This document shows, in pieces, positions 17,868 to 27,350 of a DNA stretch of 64,000 bases (positions are counted from its first letter, which is position 1; every line of letters begins with the position of its first letter). Location of the stretch: contig CAJQLO010000001.1 of the NCBI GenBank assembly GCA_905479195.1, positions 368,694-432,693 on the forward strand. The letters run 5' to 3'. The notes under the pieces were generated by a model. The model did no database searches and had not been told where the DNA came from. It worked only from the letters and a program-made list of their open reading frames with translations. This DNA comes from an uncultured Gammaproteobacteria bacterium (GTDB lineage Bacteria > Pseudomonadota > Gammaproteobacteria > GCA-002705445 > GCA-002716945). A program made the position numbers and the translations under genes.

Positions 17868-18818
17868 ATGAAAAAGATATTAATATATGAATATATTACA
17901 GGAGGAGGGCTTTTAAATGAAGATTTAACTTCTGATCTTATGAGTGAAGCTAATATGATAACTTCCTCGGTTTACGATAGTTGTCGGAAATCAAAGTATG
18001 TCAAGCATAACTATTTTAGAGATTTTCGCCTTTCATCTATAAATGAGAAAGAATCTATATTCTTAAGAGATAATAGCAAAATTTATGATATAGATTTTTT
18101 AAGAAAATATGATTATGTATTACCTATATTGCCAGAAATAGATATGAGACTGTATCTTTATGTAGAATACTTAGAAAAGAATGGAGTTGATGCTGTAATA
18201 TCTAATTCACAAACGATAAAAACATGTTCTGATAAATTAAAGTTTTATAAATTTTGCCAGAAGAACTCTTTGCCTACTATTGATACATATCAGAAATATA
18301 GTAGTAATTTACATAATAAGTTACTTTTAATTAAAGATAGGTATGGAGCAGGATGCTCTCATATAGAAATTACTAAAAATAAAAAAAACCTTGAACTAAT
18401 TAAGGATGATAAAATAATCCAACCTTATATAACTGGTGATGATTATAGTATCTCAATTTATTTTACTAAAAATAATTTTTATATACTAACTATCAATAAA
18501 CAAATATTGGAGTATAAAAATAATAGAGCTAGGTTAAGTAGTATTATTGTTAATGTGGAACACCCTGCATATTTAAAAATAATAAATCTTATATCAAAAA
18601 TTAAAGATTCACTTCCAGGACTATATGGTTTTGTTGGTGTTGATATTATAACTAAAGGTAATGATATATTTATTATTGAGATTAACCCTAGATTGACAAC
18701 ATCATTTATTGGAATTTATGACACAATAGGGATAAATATTATTGATTTAATAATATCCAGAAAACCATTAAAAAATATTATAAGTGGAAAGAAGTATCAT
18801 ATAAATAATCATGGATAA
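17868..18818 (+). CDS. ATP-grasp family ligase (third copy in the island)
   Basis: Start taken at MKKILIYEYITGGG, since the ORF-track start at 17775 would overlap the divergent gene by 90 nt. Glycine-rich loop and ATP-grasp architecture. Confidence 0.5.
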   Translation: MKKILIYEYITGGGLLNEDLTSDLMSEANMITSSVYDSCRKSKYVKHNYFRDFRLSSINEKESIFLRDNSKIYDIDFLRKYDYVLPILPEIDMRLYLYVEYLEKNGVDAVISNSQTIKTCSDKLKFYKFCQKNSLPTIDTYQKYSSNLHNKLLLIKDRYGAGCSHIEITKNKKNLELIKDDKIIQPYITGDDYSISIYFTKNNFYILTINKQILEYKNNRARLSSIIVNVEHPAYLKIINLISKIKDSLPGLYGFVGVDIITKGNDIFIIEINPRLTTSFIGIYDTIGINIIDLIISRKPLKNIISGKKYHINNHG

Positions 18819-19860
18819 AAAAAAATTATATATTGGTTGGGACATAGGTGGTGCTCATACAAAATACACTATATCGTCAGACACTAGAGATACAGTAGAA
18901 TCTAGAATTATACTTTGTGAACTATGGAAATCTTTATCACGGTTAGAAGGTATAGTTAAAAGCATAGATATAAAATATAGAAAAAAATTTCATATAATAA
19001 ATCTAATTAGTATGTCAGCTGAAATGTGCGATATCTTTTCTTCCAGAAGAGAAGGTGTTAAAGCGATACTTTCTTTATTTGAGAATAAAGGTTTTATTAA
19101 CCATATATATTCTAAAGATAATGGGATATTAAAGTTTCAGGGTTTTAAAAAATATTCATCTCTAGCGTCAACAAATTGGATGGCTATTCCTGATTATTTG
19201 AAAAATATGGATAAAAATATAATAGCTATTGATATTGGATCTACTACTACTGATATAGTTCTTATCAAAAACCATATATGTATAAACAGAAGGCATGATG
19301 ATTATTCAGGCCTTAATACTAAAGAGTTACTTTATACTGGCGTTTTAAGAACTCCCATATACTCAGTAATAAAAACCCTTAATTTAAATAAGAGGGTATA
19401 CAATGTGATTCCTGAAAATTTTGCTACGATGTCTGATGTTTATCGATTACTATCAATTATCCAAAAAAAATCTGATTATACTAATACAGCTGATGGAAGA
19501 TTAAAATCAAAAAAAGATACTTTAAATAGGATTTCAAGAGTTTTTGGATTTGATTATTGTGTGGATAAAAACAAGACTATTCATATGTTGTCTAGAAAAA
19601 TCATGTCAGCGCATCTAGATCAAATAAGTTATACTATAAAAAGTCATATTAAAGATAACTTCTCTACCGTGAAAGATCTCAAAGTTATTGGTATGGGTGT
19701 TGGTAGAATGCTTATTAATATGATAAGTAAAAAAAATAATTGGAAATATATGTCTTTAGATAAGTATATTAATATTAAATATAATAAGAGATTGTGTGAG
19801 CCATCTGATGCAGCACCATCTTTTTTGCTTTCTTTGTTATTAAAAAAACATTATGAATAA
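18811..19860 (+). CDS. hydantoinase/oxoprolinase-like ASKHA-fold protein (H4MPT-cluster associated)
   Basis: N-terminal LYIGWDIGGAHTK and internal IAIDIGSTTTDIV phosphate-binding motifs typical of hydantoinase_A/ASKHA. Assignment is tentative. Confidence 0.45.
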   Translation: MDKKKLYIGWDIGGAHTKYTISSDTRDTVESRIILCELWKSLSRLEGIVKSIDIKYRKKFHIINLISMSAEMCDIFSSRREGVKAILSLFENKGFINHIYSKDNGILKFQGFKKYSSLASTNWMAIPDYLKNMDKNIIAIDIGSTTTDIVLIKNHICINRRHDDYSGLNTKELLYTGVLRTPIYSVIKTLNLNKRVYNVIPENFATMSDVYRLLSIIQKKSDYTNTADGRLKSKKDTLNRISRVFGFDYCVDKNKTIHMLSRKIMSAHLDQISYTIKSHIKDNFSTVKDLKVIGMGVGRMLINMISKKNNWKYMSLDKYINIKYNKRLCEPSDAAPSFLLSLLLKKHYE

Positions 19861-21214
19861 ACAACATAAAATTAGTTATGACTATTATGGTGATACTCGC
19901 GATATATTTGCAGTAATCAAAGATTCTGAGTGGTCAGTATTTTTATGTAGTAATCATGATAAGTTTCAAGATGAGAGATATGACATACTTAGTGCTAATC
20001 CAGTAGAAAAAATAATTTCTTATATAGATAAGACTACAGTAGAAAATAAAAATGGTATCCAGGAATATAAAGATGACCCAATAGATGTGGTAGGTATTGT
20101 CATGAAAAAGTACCCCTCCGATATTAGTGACTTGCCATTTACTGGTGGAGCGATTGGTTATTTATCATATGATTTAGGTAATCATTATGAAGGTATTGAA
20201 ATTAAAAAAAATGATCTTAATGTACCACTTATGGCATTTGGTATTTATGACTGGGCAGTTATTGTTGACCATCATAAGAAAAATACAACTTTAGTTTATA
20301 GAAATGAAGATTCCTTTATTGAAAATATAAAATTATGCCTTGAAAAAAAAATATTTGATAAGAATCAAGAAAAAAAATTCTTAATTAATTCAGCTTGTGA
20401 ATCGAACATTACCCATGATGAATATGAAAGTAAATTTAATAAAATACAATCATATATCCAGAGTGGAGATTGCTATCAAATTAACTTTTCACAAAGATTT
20501 TCTGCTCAGTATAGTGGGGACACTTGGGATATTTACAATAAGATAACACCTGCTTACTCATCACCTTACTCGGCATATATAAATATGCCTTTTATTAATA
20601 TAATGAGTTTTTCTCCAGAACGATTTCTCTCCTATGATGGAAATATTGTAGAGACCAAACCAATAAAAGGAACTCGTCCTGTTTCTGCTGATATACAGGT
20701 TAATAAACAGCTTATAGAGGAATTATCTACTTCATATAAGGAGAGAGCAGAAAACTTAATGATTGTCGATTTACTGAGAAATGATTTGGGAAAAAATTGT
20801 GAATTTGGTTCGGTAAAAGTTAAGGAGTTATTTAGTATCGAGACATTTGCAAACGTCCATCATCTTGTCAGTACTATTCAGGGTAAGATTGCCAGTAATA
20901 GTAATATTTACAAGCTTATTAAGGACTGTTTCCCTGGAGGTTCTATTACAGGTGCGCCAAAAATTAGGGCTATGCAGATTATAAGCGAGCTTGAGCCCGA
21001 CAATAGAAATATTTATTGTGGCTCTATAGGCTATATTAGCTTTAGCGGAACAACTGACTTAAATATTGCTATTAGAACTGTAATTGCCATGAAGGATAAA
21101 TTATATTTTTGGGGAGGAGGCGGGATAGTCTATGACTCTGAAATTGAATCAGAGTATAAGGAAACATTTGATAAAATCAAACCTCTATTAGATTTACTTA
21201 AAACTCCAACTTAA
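19853..21214 (+). CDS. pabB: chorismate-utilising enzyme, aminodeoxychorismate synthase component I-like (PabB-like; supplies the aminobenzoate moiety of H4MPT)
   Basis: 453 aa. The C-terminal chorismate-binding domain is conserved (SPERFL, G(T)RP, MIVDLLRNDLG, ETFANVHHLVSTIQG, FPGGSITGAPKIRAMQII.ELE). A pabB homologue is a known member of methylotroph H4MPT clusters. Confidence 0.75.
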   Translation: MNKQHKISYDYYGDTRDIFAVIKDSEWSVFLCSNHDKFQDERYDILSANPVEKIISYIDKTTVENKNGIQEYKDDPIDVVGIVMKKYPSDISDLPFTGGAIGYLSYDLGNHYEGIEIKKNDLNVPLMAFGIYDWAVIVDHHKKNTTLVYRNEDSFIENIKLCLEKKIFDKNQEKKFLINSACESNITHDEYESKFNKIQSYIQSGDCYQINFSQRFSAQYSGDTWDIYNKITPAYSSPYSAYINMPFINIMSFSPERFLSYDGNIVETKPIKGTRPVSADIQVNKQLIEELSTSYKERAENLMIVDLLRNDLGKNCEFGSVKVKELFSIETFANVHHLVSTIQGKIASNSNIYKLIKDCFPGGSITGAPKIRAMQIISELEPDNRNIYCGSIGYISFSGTTDLNIAIRTVIAMKDKLYFWGGGGIVYDSEIESEYKETFDKIKPLLDLLKTPT

Positions 21215-21881
21215 TTTTTTTTGAAACTTCTTTTGCTAGATTTATATTAAATTTATACCGTGCTTTCGATGAATCACATAATTGCCCTCTAAATCCTAAA
21301 AAATCAGGATTTAACTCTTTTAGCATTTGTATATGATCAAGTTTTAAAGATCCAGACAAGCCACAAATCATCCCATAAGATTTTACTATCTTTAAAAAAT
21401 CTTTTATCTCTTTCTGGCTCAATAGGTCTATTATTGATTTACTATTTTTATGACATGTATCAATCATTATGCCTTGATAACCCATACCGATAAGTTTTTC
21501 TACATTATTAAGATCGAAGTCTTGGTCAGCAAATATTACACAGATAGGTTTAGTATTTTTGAAATTAATTTGTTCAAGAATAATCCGATGTTCTGATAAA
21601 TATTTTTTATCAAACATTCCTATCTTTAAATAATTTATTTCTTTTTCTATAAGAATCTTTAAATTTTTTATATTACTATTATTATTTGGATTAATATCAT
21701 TACCCATAGTTACACTAAGAATATTATTGGGTAATAAAATTTTTACTTTAGAGATCAATTCAATGCCTACAAAACCTAATGCACCATCATTAATATTTTT
21801 TAAATCTAAAATATCAATATCAACTTTTGAAGCAATAGTTGCCTCATCAATATCTTTTACACTAGCAAGAAATCCTACCAT
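21198..21881 (-). CDS. mfnB: MfnB-like (5-formylfuran-3-yl)methyl phosphate synthase family TIM-barrel protein (furan moiety of methylofuran/methanofuran)
   Basis: N-terminus MVGFLASVKDIDEATIASKVDIDILDLKNINDGALGF matches the MJ1099/MfnB N-terminal pattern (LLVSPxDxEEAxEAxxGGADIIDVKNPKEGSLGA). 227 aa. Confidence 0.6.
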   Translation of the reverse strand: MVGFLASVKDIDEATIASKVDIDILDLKNINDGALGFVGIELISKVKILLPNNILSVTMGNDINPNNNSNIKNLKILIEKEINYLKIGMFDKKYLSEHRIILEQINFKNTKPICVIFADQDFDLNNVEKLIGMGYQGIMIDTCHKNSKSIIDLLSQKEIKDFLKIVKSYGMICGLSGSLKLDHIQMLKELNPDFLGFRGQLCDSSKARYKFNINLAKEVSKKIKLEF

Positions 21882-21882
21882 G

Positions 21883-22452
21883 TTATTTCATATTCTCTTT
21901 TTGGAATTCTTGGATCTTATCTTCTATCCATTTCCATGCTTGAGACTCTCTTGGCCCCGCGGTCTTTTTAATTCCTATCTTAAGATATTCTATTTCTTGT
22001 AAAATTTTTTCTATAGGTAGCATTCTCAGCCTGCTAACCAATACTGATGCCTCTATTACTGAAAACTGTGCCCTATTAAAACCCATAAATGGTTTATGAA
22101 TTACTTTTTTACTTATATCACATACTATATTAGGTCTTTTCTCATCATCTTTAAATTCTTTGGCTATTACATTATAATGAGTATTAGCTAATGTCAGCCT
22201 TGGGACCACACTCTTATCTTTAATATCTTCTAGCTCCCAATCTTTTTTATATTTTGTAACAATTCCTGCAAACACTCTTACATCATCAATAAAGTTTATG
22301 GTCGCTAGATTATTTTTAGTAATATTCTCTAATGTTTGAGATGGCCGAAAAGGTGAAATAATAACTCTATCGTCGATGAGTTGTATTCCCATAGGCGCTA
22401 TATGAACTATATTTTTTTCAGAGACGGTTGTGACTATAACTTCATGTATCAT
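21883..22452 (-). CDS. DUF447-like protein (possible MfnF-like methylofuran biosynthesis enzyme)
   Basis: 189 aa. The family is assigned from memory of DUF447/MJ0840-like proteins clustering with mfnB, and is weakly supported. Confidence 0.35.
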   Translation of the reverse strand: MIHEVIVTTVSEKNIVHIAPMGIQLIDDRVIISPFRPSQTLENITKNNLATINFIDDVRVFAGIVTKYKKDWELEDIKDKSVVPRLTLANTHYNVIAKEFKDDEKRPNIVCDISKKVIHKPFMGFNRAQFSVIEASVLVSRLRMLPIEKILQEIEYLKIGIKKTAGPRESQAWKWIEDKIQEFQKENMK

Positions 22453-23840
22453 TTTTTCTTTTTAAAAGTTGGACCTTGTTCTTTAAATTCAAGCTTATCA
22501 TCAATCTTTTCATCTACTAAGCAACCCCATTTCAATTCTTCATCTTGTTCATAAGTTTTTCCTAGTTGGTGTGCAATTTGAGCTCTAGCTAATTCCACCC
22601 CTAAATAAAAAGCATGACCAGTATCATCTCCAACGTCTATCTTTTCAAAGAAATCAAAAGGATCGATAGCAACTTGCAACCCTTTTTTATTAAACAAATT
22701 AACACCATCATCTGTATTCATTATTCTATAGCTAGAATCTTTAACTTGTTCAAACAATTCTTCAACTTCTTGCGCATTATATCTTATAGGATCTTCTTCA
22801 TGAGTTGTAAGTAGTCCTGAATTAATATGTTTTGGCGTGGTGTTTCCAAGACTTGCTGCTAGAATAATCCTTCGTGCTAAATCACTTTCTTTAATTACTG
22901 TTCTGCAATGTTTGCTAACTTCAGTAGTTAAAATATGATTAATTTTAAGTTCAGATATTATCCCCATCAGTATCATAGTCATTCCAGTTGTATCTGCATG
23001 AGTAAGCTCTGTTACATTACCAGTACCCATCATAATATGGATATCTGGATACCTTTTTCTTAATTCACTATACCTGGTAATTGATTGAGTAAAACCATAG
23101 TTTATTGGATCTAAAATAGGGTCTGCAATAAATATTCTTTTATTTTCAATACATCTATCAATGCAATCATATAGACTGACCATATCTCCATCCTTAGGTA
23201 TTAGGATAGGGTATGAATCTACTTCATCTAGGATATAAAAATTATCTGATTTTATACTCAAAAGATAGTCTGCTCCGGATTTTCCCCCAAGAATTAATTC
23301 TTTATCTAAATGAGAATCTATGCTGACATAAAAATCTTGACGTTTTAGCTCTTGTATAGTTTCAGATAAATGAGGAAATGGTTTATTAGGTAAACAGCCA
23401 ATATCAATTATATCTGCACCATTATCTCTATAATAATTAGCCATGCTGATAATTTCTTGTATTTTCATATTAGGAGCATCAGTTATTTCAGCAAATATAT
23501 GTACCTCGTACTTTGAGAGATCATATTTTAAAGGATTACCTCCAAACATAACTGGCAAGTCTTTTAATTCTTCTGGTCCGCGCTCAATTTTAATCTTAAG
23601 TTTTTTAGCCAACTCATCTATATCGCCTCTAACCTTCCCAGGCAATATAATCTTGCTGAAGTTATCCACATTTCCAATACGCCTATATATCATTTCTGTA
23701 GTAAGCAATGCAGCAACATTAATATTAAGATTCCTTATTTCATATGAAAAATCTTTCTCTTCTATGCAGTCTAAAATCTTCTTTAGATTTTTCTCAGCTA
23801 ATTTTCCCGTAATAAATAAAATATTCTTTTTCATACCCAT
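22449..23840 (-). CDS. dihydropteroate-synthase-like pterin-binding enzyme with C-terminal extension (MJ0107-like; H4MPT biosynthesis)
   Basis: 463 aa. The central region has a DHPS-like barrel pattern (DIIDIGC..., GTGNVTELTHADTTG). The size and extra C-terminal domain resemble the archaeal H4MPT-specific DHPS homologue. Confidence 0.6.
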   Translation of the reverse strand: MGMKKNILFITGKLAEKNLKKILDCIEEKDFSYEIRNLNINVAALLTTEMIYRRIGNVDNFSKIILPGKVRGDIDELAKKLKIKIERGPEELKDLPVMFGGNPLKYDLSKYEVHIFAEITDAPNMKIQEIISMANYYRDNGADIIDIGCLPNKPFPHLSETIQELKRQDFYVSIDSHLDKELILGGKSGADYLLSIKSDNFYILDEVDSYPILIPKDGDMVSLYDCIDRCIENKRIFIADPILDPINYGFTQSITRYSELRKRYPDIHIMMGTGNVTELTHADTTGMTMILMGIISELKINHILTTEVSKHCRTVIKESDLARRIILAASLGNTTPKHINSGLLTTHEEDPIRYNAQEVEELFEQVKDSSYRIMNTDDGVNLFNKKGLQVAIDPFDFFEKIDVGDDTGHAFYLGVELARAQIAHQLGKTYEQDEELKWGCLVDEKIDDKLEFKEQGPTFKKKK

Positions 23841-24361
23841 TTTTTTAGAGCTCGATTTAATTTCATAACATTGTCCACAACATCAACATTCTTAAATTTT
23901 TTTAATTTTTCATAATTTTCTAACTCTATATCACGTGGGTATAATGTCACAGACTTTTTTGGTGCTTGTGTTATTACCGTAGGCTCAGTATCACAGGCAA
24001 AGACTATTGAGTGTATTTTGCATTTACCAGCTTGTGCAAACATATTTGTCACCAAAGTATCTGATAATCCATAAGACATTTGTGCAATAGTATTAGATGT
24101 TGCAGGAGAAACTACAATTAGCTTATATACATTCTCATATAGTAAACTAACAGGAGCAGAGCTAGCTGTAATATCTTTAAAAACCTTAATTCCTTTTGAT
24201 TTAAAATCTTCAAGACTATAATTATACCATTTAAGAACTTCCTCGCCTGCTCCACTAAGAAATAAGTCTACATTTTTTAGAGTAAATATAATCTCTATTG
24301 ATTCTTTTAGATAATGACCAGAACCAGTAATACACCACGCTATTCTTTTTGTATTATCCAT
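23831..24361 (-). CDS. dmrA: AfpA/DmrA-like flavoprotein (dihydromethanopterin reductase candidate)
   Basis: 176 aa. The N-terminal IAWCITGSGH flavoprotein motif resembles the CoaC/AfpA family. Known partner in H4MPT clusters. Confidence 0.5.
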   Translation of the reverse strand: MDNTKRIAWCITGSGHYLKESIEIIFTLKNVDLFLSGAGEEVLKWYNYSLEDFKSKGIKVFKDITASSAPVSLLYENVYKLIVVSPATSNTIAQMSYGLSDTLVTNMFAQAGKCKIHSIVFACDTEPTVITQAPKKSVTLYPRDIELENYEKLKKFKNVDVVDNVMKLNRALKKWV

Positions 24362-24362
24362 A

Positions 24363-24965
24363 TTATTTTATGCTTTTATTTATTAGTGTTTTATATTCTA
24401 TCAAGTCTTCTTGGCTGTTTATATTAATAAATATATTTTTCTCATCTGAGAAATCTACTAATTCTAGGCTACATTGATTATACCATTTATCAATTTTTCT
24501 CTGACCAGTATCTATAAATGATTTTAAGTTATTCAATAGATCTTTTTTTATTAAGGAATATACGGGCTGTATCCTATCTCCATTATGAGCAGCTCTAACA
24601 TCAAAATGATTATTAATGTTAGTCATGCGCTCAAAGTATGTGTGACTAAGTAATGGACCATCACATGGTAGAGTTATTAGATATTTTGTTTTAGTATTAA
24701 ATAATGATGTATATATGCCTGACAAGGGTCCTTGATAATCCTTTAATATATCCTGCCAAGTTATTAGCCCCATTTTATTATATATATCAATATTTCTATT
24801 AGCATTAACATAAATTTCATTAGAGTATTCTTTGCAGATATCATACAAATGTTTGATAACATATTTTTTGTTTATCCGCATTAAACCTTTATCCTGGCCA
24901 TCCATTCTCTCGGATTTCCCGCCTGCTAATATTACTATTGTTATATCTTCTTTATTTATATTCAT
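24363..24965 (-). CDS. mobA: molybdenum cofactor guanylyltransferase
   Basis: N-terminal VILAGGKSERMDGQDKGL matches the MobA LAGGxSxRMG motif. 200 aa. First gene of a minus-strand operon. Confidence 0.75.
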   Translation of the reverse strand: MNINKEDITIVILAGGKSERMDGQDKGLMRINKKYVIKHLYDICKEYSNEIYVNANRNIDIYNKMGLITWQDILKDYQGPLSGIYTSLFNTKTKYLITLPCDGPLLSHTYFERMTNINNHFDVRAAHNGDRIQPVYSLIKKDLLNNLKSFIDTGQRKIDKWYNQCSLELVDFSDEKNIFININSQEDLIEYKTLINKSIK

Positions 24966-25021
24966 TTTATTAAAAGGTTATCATTAGATATTAAGTATCT
25001 TATATAATAGAATAACTCAGC

Positions 25022-25999
25022 ATGGATAATAAGCGTATATATTTAGCCCCTATGGTTGGCAGAACAGATGAACATTATAGGGCATTTGTAAGAATATTAT
25101 CAAAAAACATCTATTTATATACAGAAATGATTACATGCGACTCTTTTCTTCATACAAATAGGAAAGACTACGTGGTCAAAGAAGGAGAAAAAAATCTAAC
25201 AATTCAGTTGGCAGGATCAGACCCTAAGAAATATGGTCAATGTGCCAGTATTATTGAAGATCAAGGTTATGATGAAATTAATCTAAATATTGGATGCCCT
25301 AGCTCTAAAGTAGTGAGGGGGGAGTTTGGAGCTTGCTTGATGAATAATCCAGACAAGGTGGCTGAATGTGTTTACGAGATAAAACAATCGTGTGACTTAC
25401 CTATCTCTATCAAAACTAGGTTAGGATTGGGTTATGAAGAAAATCTTGACTTACTCTTTACTTTAATTAATAAAACAAAAGTGTTTGGATGCAGCAAGTA
25501 TATAATTCATGCGAGAAATGCAATATTAAATGGTCTCAGTCCAAAGAAAAATAGAAAGATACCGTTATTAAGATATGCTGATGTTACTACTGTCAAAGAT
25601 TCTTTTCCTGGTCTTGAGTTTTATTTAAATGGTGGAGTTGAAGATATTTCAGAAATTAGAAAAAATATTAATAAGTTTGACGGCCTGATGATTGGAAGAA
25701 GAATATATGATAACCCAATGTTCTTGAATCAAATTGAAAAAGAAATATATAATAATAATGAAACTTTATCTAGACAAGGTATTTTAAAAAAATATTTAAA
25801 ATATGCATTAAGTTTTCAAAATAAAAATACAAGTAATTATCTCTTGCTTAGGCATTTGTTTAGTTTATATTATAATACTAGCTCATCTAAGAAATGGAAA
25901 AAGTTTTTACATGACATTATTCAGTCAGATAAAGACATAGAGCTTATAACTAATTTTGAAGAATCAACTTATGACGAAGAAATTAAAGCTTACCGCTAA
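25022..25999 (+). CDS. dusA: tRNA-dihydrouridine synthase A
   Basis: N-terminal YLAPMVGRTDEHYRAFVRILS matches the DusA [20 protein letters not shown] pattern. TIM-barrel FMN enzyme. 325 aa. Confidence 0.8.
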   Translation: MDNKRIYLAPMVGRTDEHYRAFVRILSKNIYLYTEMITCDSFLHTNRKDYVVKEGEKNLTIQLAGSDPKKYGQCASIIEDQGYDEINLNIGCPSSKVVRGEFGACLMNNPDKVAECVYEIKQSCDLPISIKTRLGLGYEENLDLLFTLINKTKVFGCSKYIIHARNAILNGLSPKKNRKIPLLRYADVTTVKDSFPGLEFYLNGGVEDISEIRKNINKFDGLMIGRRIYDNPMFLNQIEKEIYNNNETLSRQGILKKYLKYALSFQNKNTSNYLLLRHLFSLYYNTSSSKKWKKFLHDIIQSDKDIELITNFEESTYDEEIKAYR

Positions 26000-26789
26000 A
26001 ACAGCTAATAAGTATGATTTATATGAGCAGTCAGTCCAAAATGTAGATTTTGAAGTTGAGTTTATCTCAAAAACTTTTAAAAAATATAATAAGTCAAAAT
26101 GTACAACTCTTAGAGAGGATTTCTGTGCTTCTGCAAAAATATCATCTGCTTGGGTAAAAAGTAACCCTGAAACTATTGCGTATGCGATTGATCTAGATGA
26201 TGACATTCTCCGGTTTGCAAAGAAAGAGTTTGCAGGATCTTTAGAAAAACATCAATTAAGCAGGGTTAAGTTAATAAAAGGCAATTCACTAATAAAGAAA
26301 ACGCCAAAAGTTGACTGCGTTTCTGCCTTTAATTTTAGTTATTGGGTATTTCAAGACAGAAAGGATCTTGTTAAGTATTTTAAAAATGCATATACAAACC
26401 TCAATTCAAAAGGTTTGCTAATGTTAGATGCTTTTGGAGGATATGAGGCGCACCAGGAATTAGAAGAAAAAACTAAATATAAAGATTTTACTTATTGTTG
26501 GGATCAACATAGTTTTAATCCAATAACGAACTCAATTACATGTTATATACATTTTGAGTTCAATGATGGTTCGGTCATAAAGAAAGCTTTTGAGTATAAT
26601 TGGCGACTTTGGTCCTTGCCTGAAATTAGAGAATGTTTGATTGAAGCAGGATTTAAGTCTATCGATGTATATATGCAAGGATGGGATGATAAAAAGAATG
26701 AAGAGACTGAAAAGTTCTATAAAATGACAAAATGTGATGCAGATCCAGGCTGGGTTGCTTATATCGTAGCCTCCAAATATAAACGATAA
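25956..26789 (+). CDS. class I SAM-dependent methyltransferase (hypothetical)
   Basis: Motif I-like LREDFCASA and an acidic post-I strand (AIDLDDDIL). 44-nt overlap with the dusA end, so the true start may be internal. Confidence 0.5.
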   Translation: MKNQLMTKKLKLTAKTANKYDLYEQSVQNVDFEVEFISKTFKKYNKSKCTTLREDFCASAKISSAWVKSNPETIAYAIDLDDDILRFAKKEFAGSLEKHQLSRVKLIKGNSLIKKTPKVDCVSAFNFSYWVFQDRKDLVKYFKNAYTNLNSKGLLMLDAFGGYEAHQELEEKTKYKDFTYCWDQHSFNPITNSITCYIHFEFNDGSVIKKAFEYNWRLWSLPEIRECLIEAGFKSIDVYMQGWDDKKNEETEKFYKMTKCDADPGWVAYIVASKYKR

Positions 26790-26826
26790 ATATTCCTATA
26801 TATATTAAAGTTCTCTATACTTATAT

Positions 26827-27164
26827 CGAGAGTCAACTATATGATCGCTGTGTAAGCAGAGGAAAGTCCGGGCTCCATAGGCAATAGTGCCAGGTAACGC
26901 CTGGGAAACGTGAGTTTACGGAAAGTGCTACAGAAAATAACCGCTAATATTTTATATTAGTAAGGGTGAAAAGGTGAGGTAAGAGCTCACCACATACGAG
27001 GTAACAAGTATGGTTGAGGCAAACCCCACTAGGAGCAAAGCAAATTTATAGCATTTTGTCAGCCTAAGACACGCTATATGGTAAGCTGCTAGAGGTTTTT
27101 GGCGACAAAAATCCCAGATTAATGATCATACATGACAGAACCCGGCTTATCGGTTGGCTCTTAG
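26827..27164 (+). ncRNA. rnpB: RNase P RNA (bacterial type A, M1 RNA)
   Basis: Contains the universal P4 sequences GAGGAAAGTCCGGGCTCCATAGG and ACAGAACCCGGCTTATCGG, plus the GGTAACGCCTGGG, GTAAGGGTGAAA.GGTG.GGTAAGAGC.CACC and GGCAAACCCCAC..GGAGCAA blocks in the canonical order. The 5' end GAGAGTCAAC pairs with the 3' GTTGGCTCT as P1. Confidence 0.9.
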
Positions 27165-27350
27165 ACTACTTTTTAATTATAAAATCACCATATCAAGATA
27201 AGCTCTTGTTAAATATAAGTATTTGATTAATATAGACTATTTTTAGTATATTCTATGTATTTATGAAGCTAAAGCCTTGCATACATCAATAAAAAGTCAT
27301 ATAGTGTTGATATATGGTAATTTATGTAAGATTGTGGGGAATAATGGTAA

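Noticed and set aside
27314-27350. Repeated ATGGTAA / GTGGGG / ATGGTAA elements spaced 20 and 10 bp apart just before the mraZ start, reminiscent of MraZ TGGGN direct-repeat operators
   Set aside because: They overlap the RBS and start codon rather than a promoter region. The motifs are short and the background is very AT-rich, so chance occurrence is likely. Cannot be supported without a comparative alignment.
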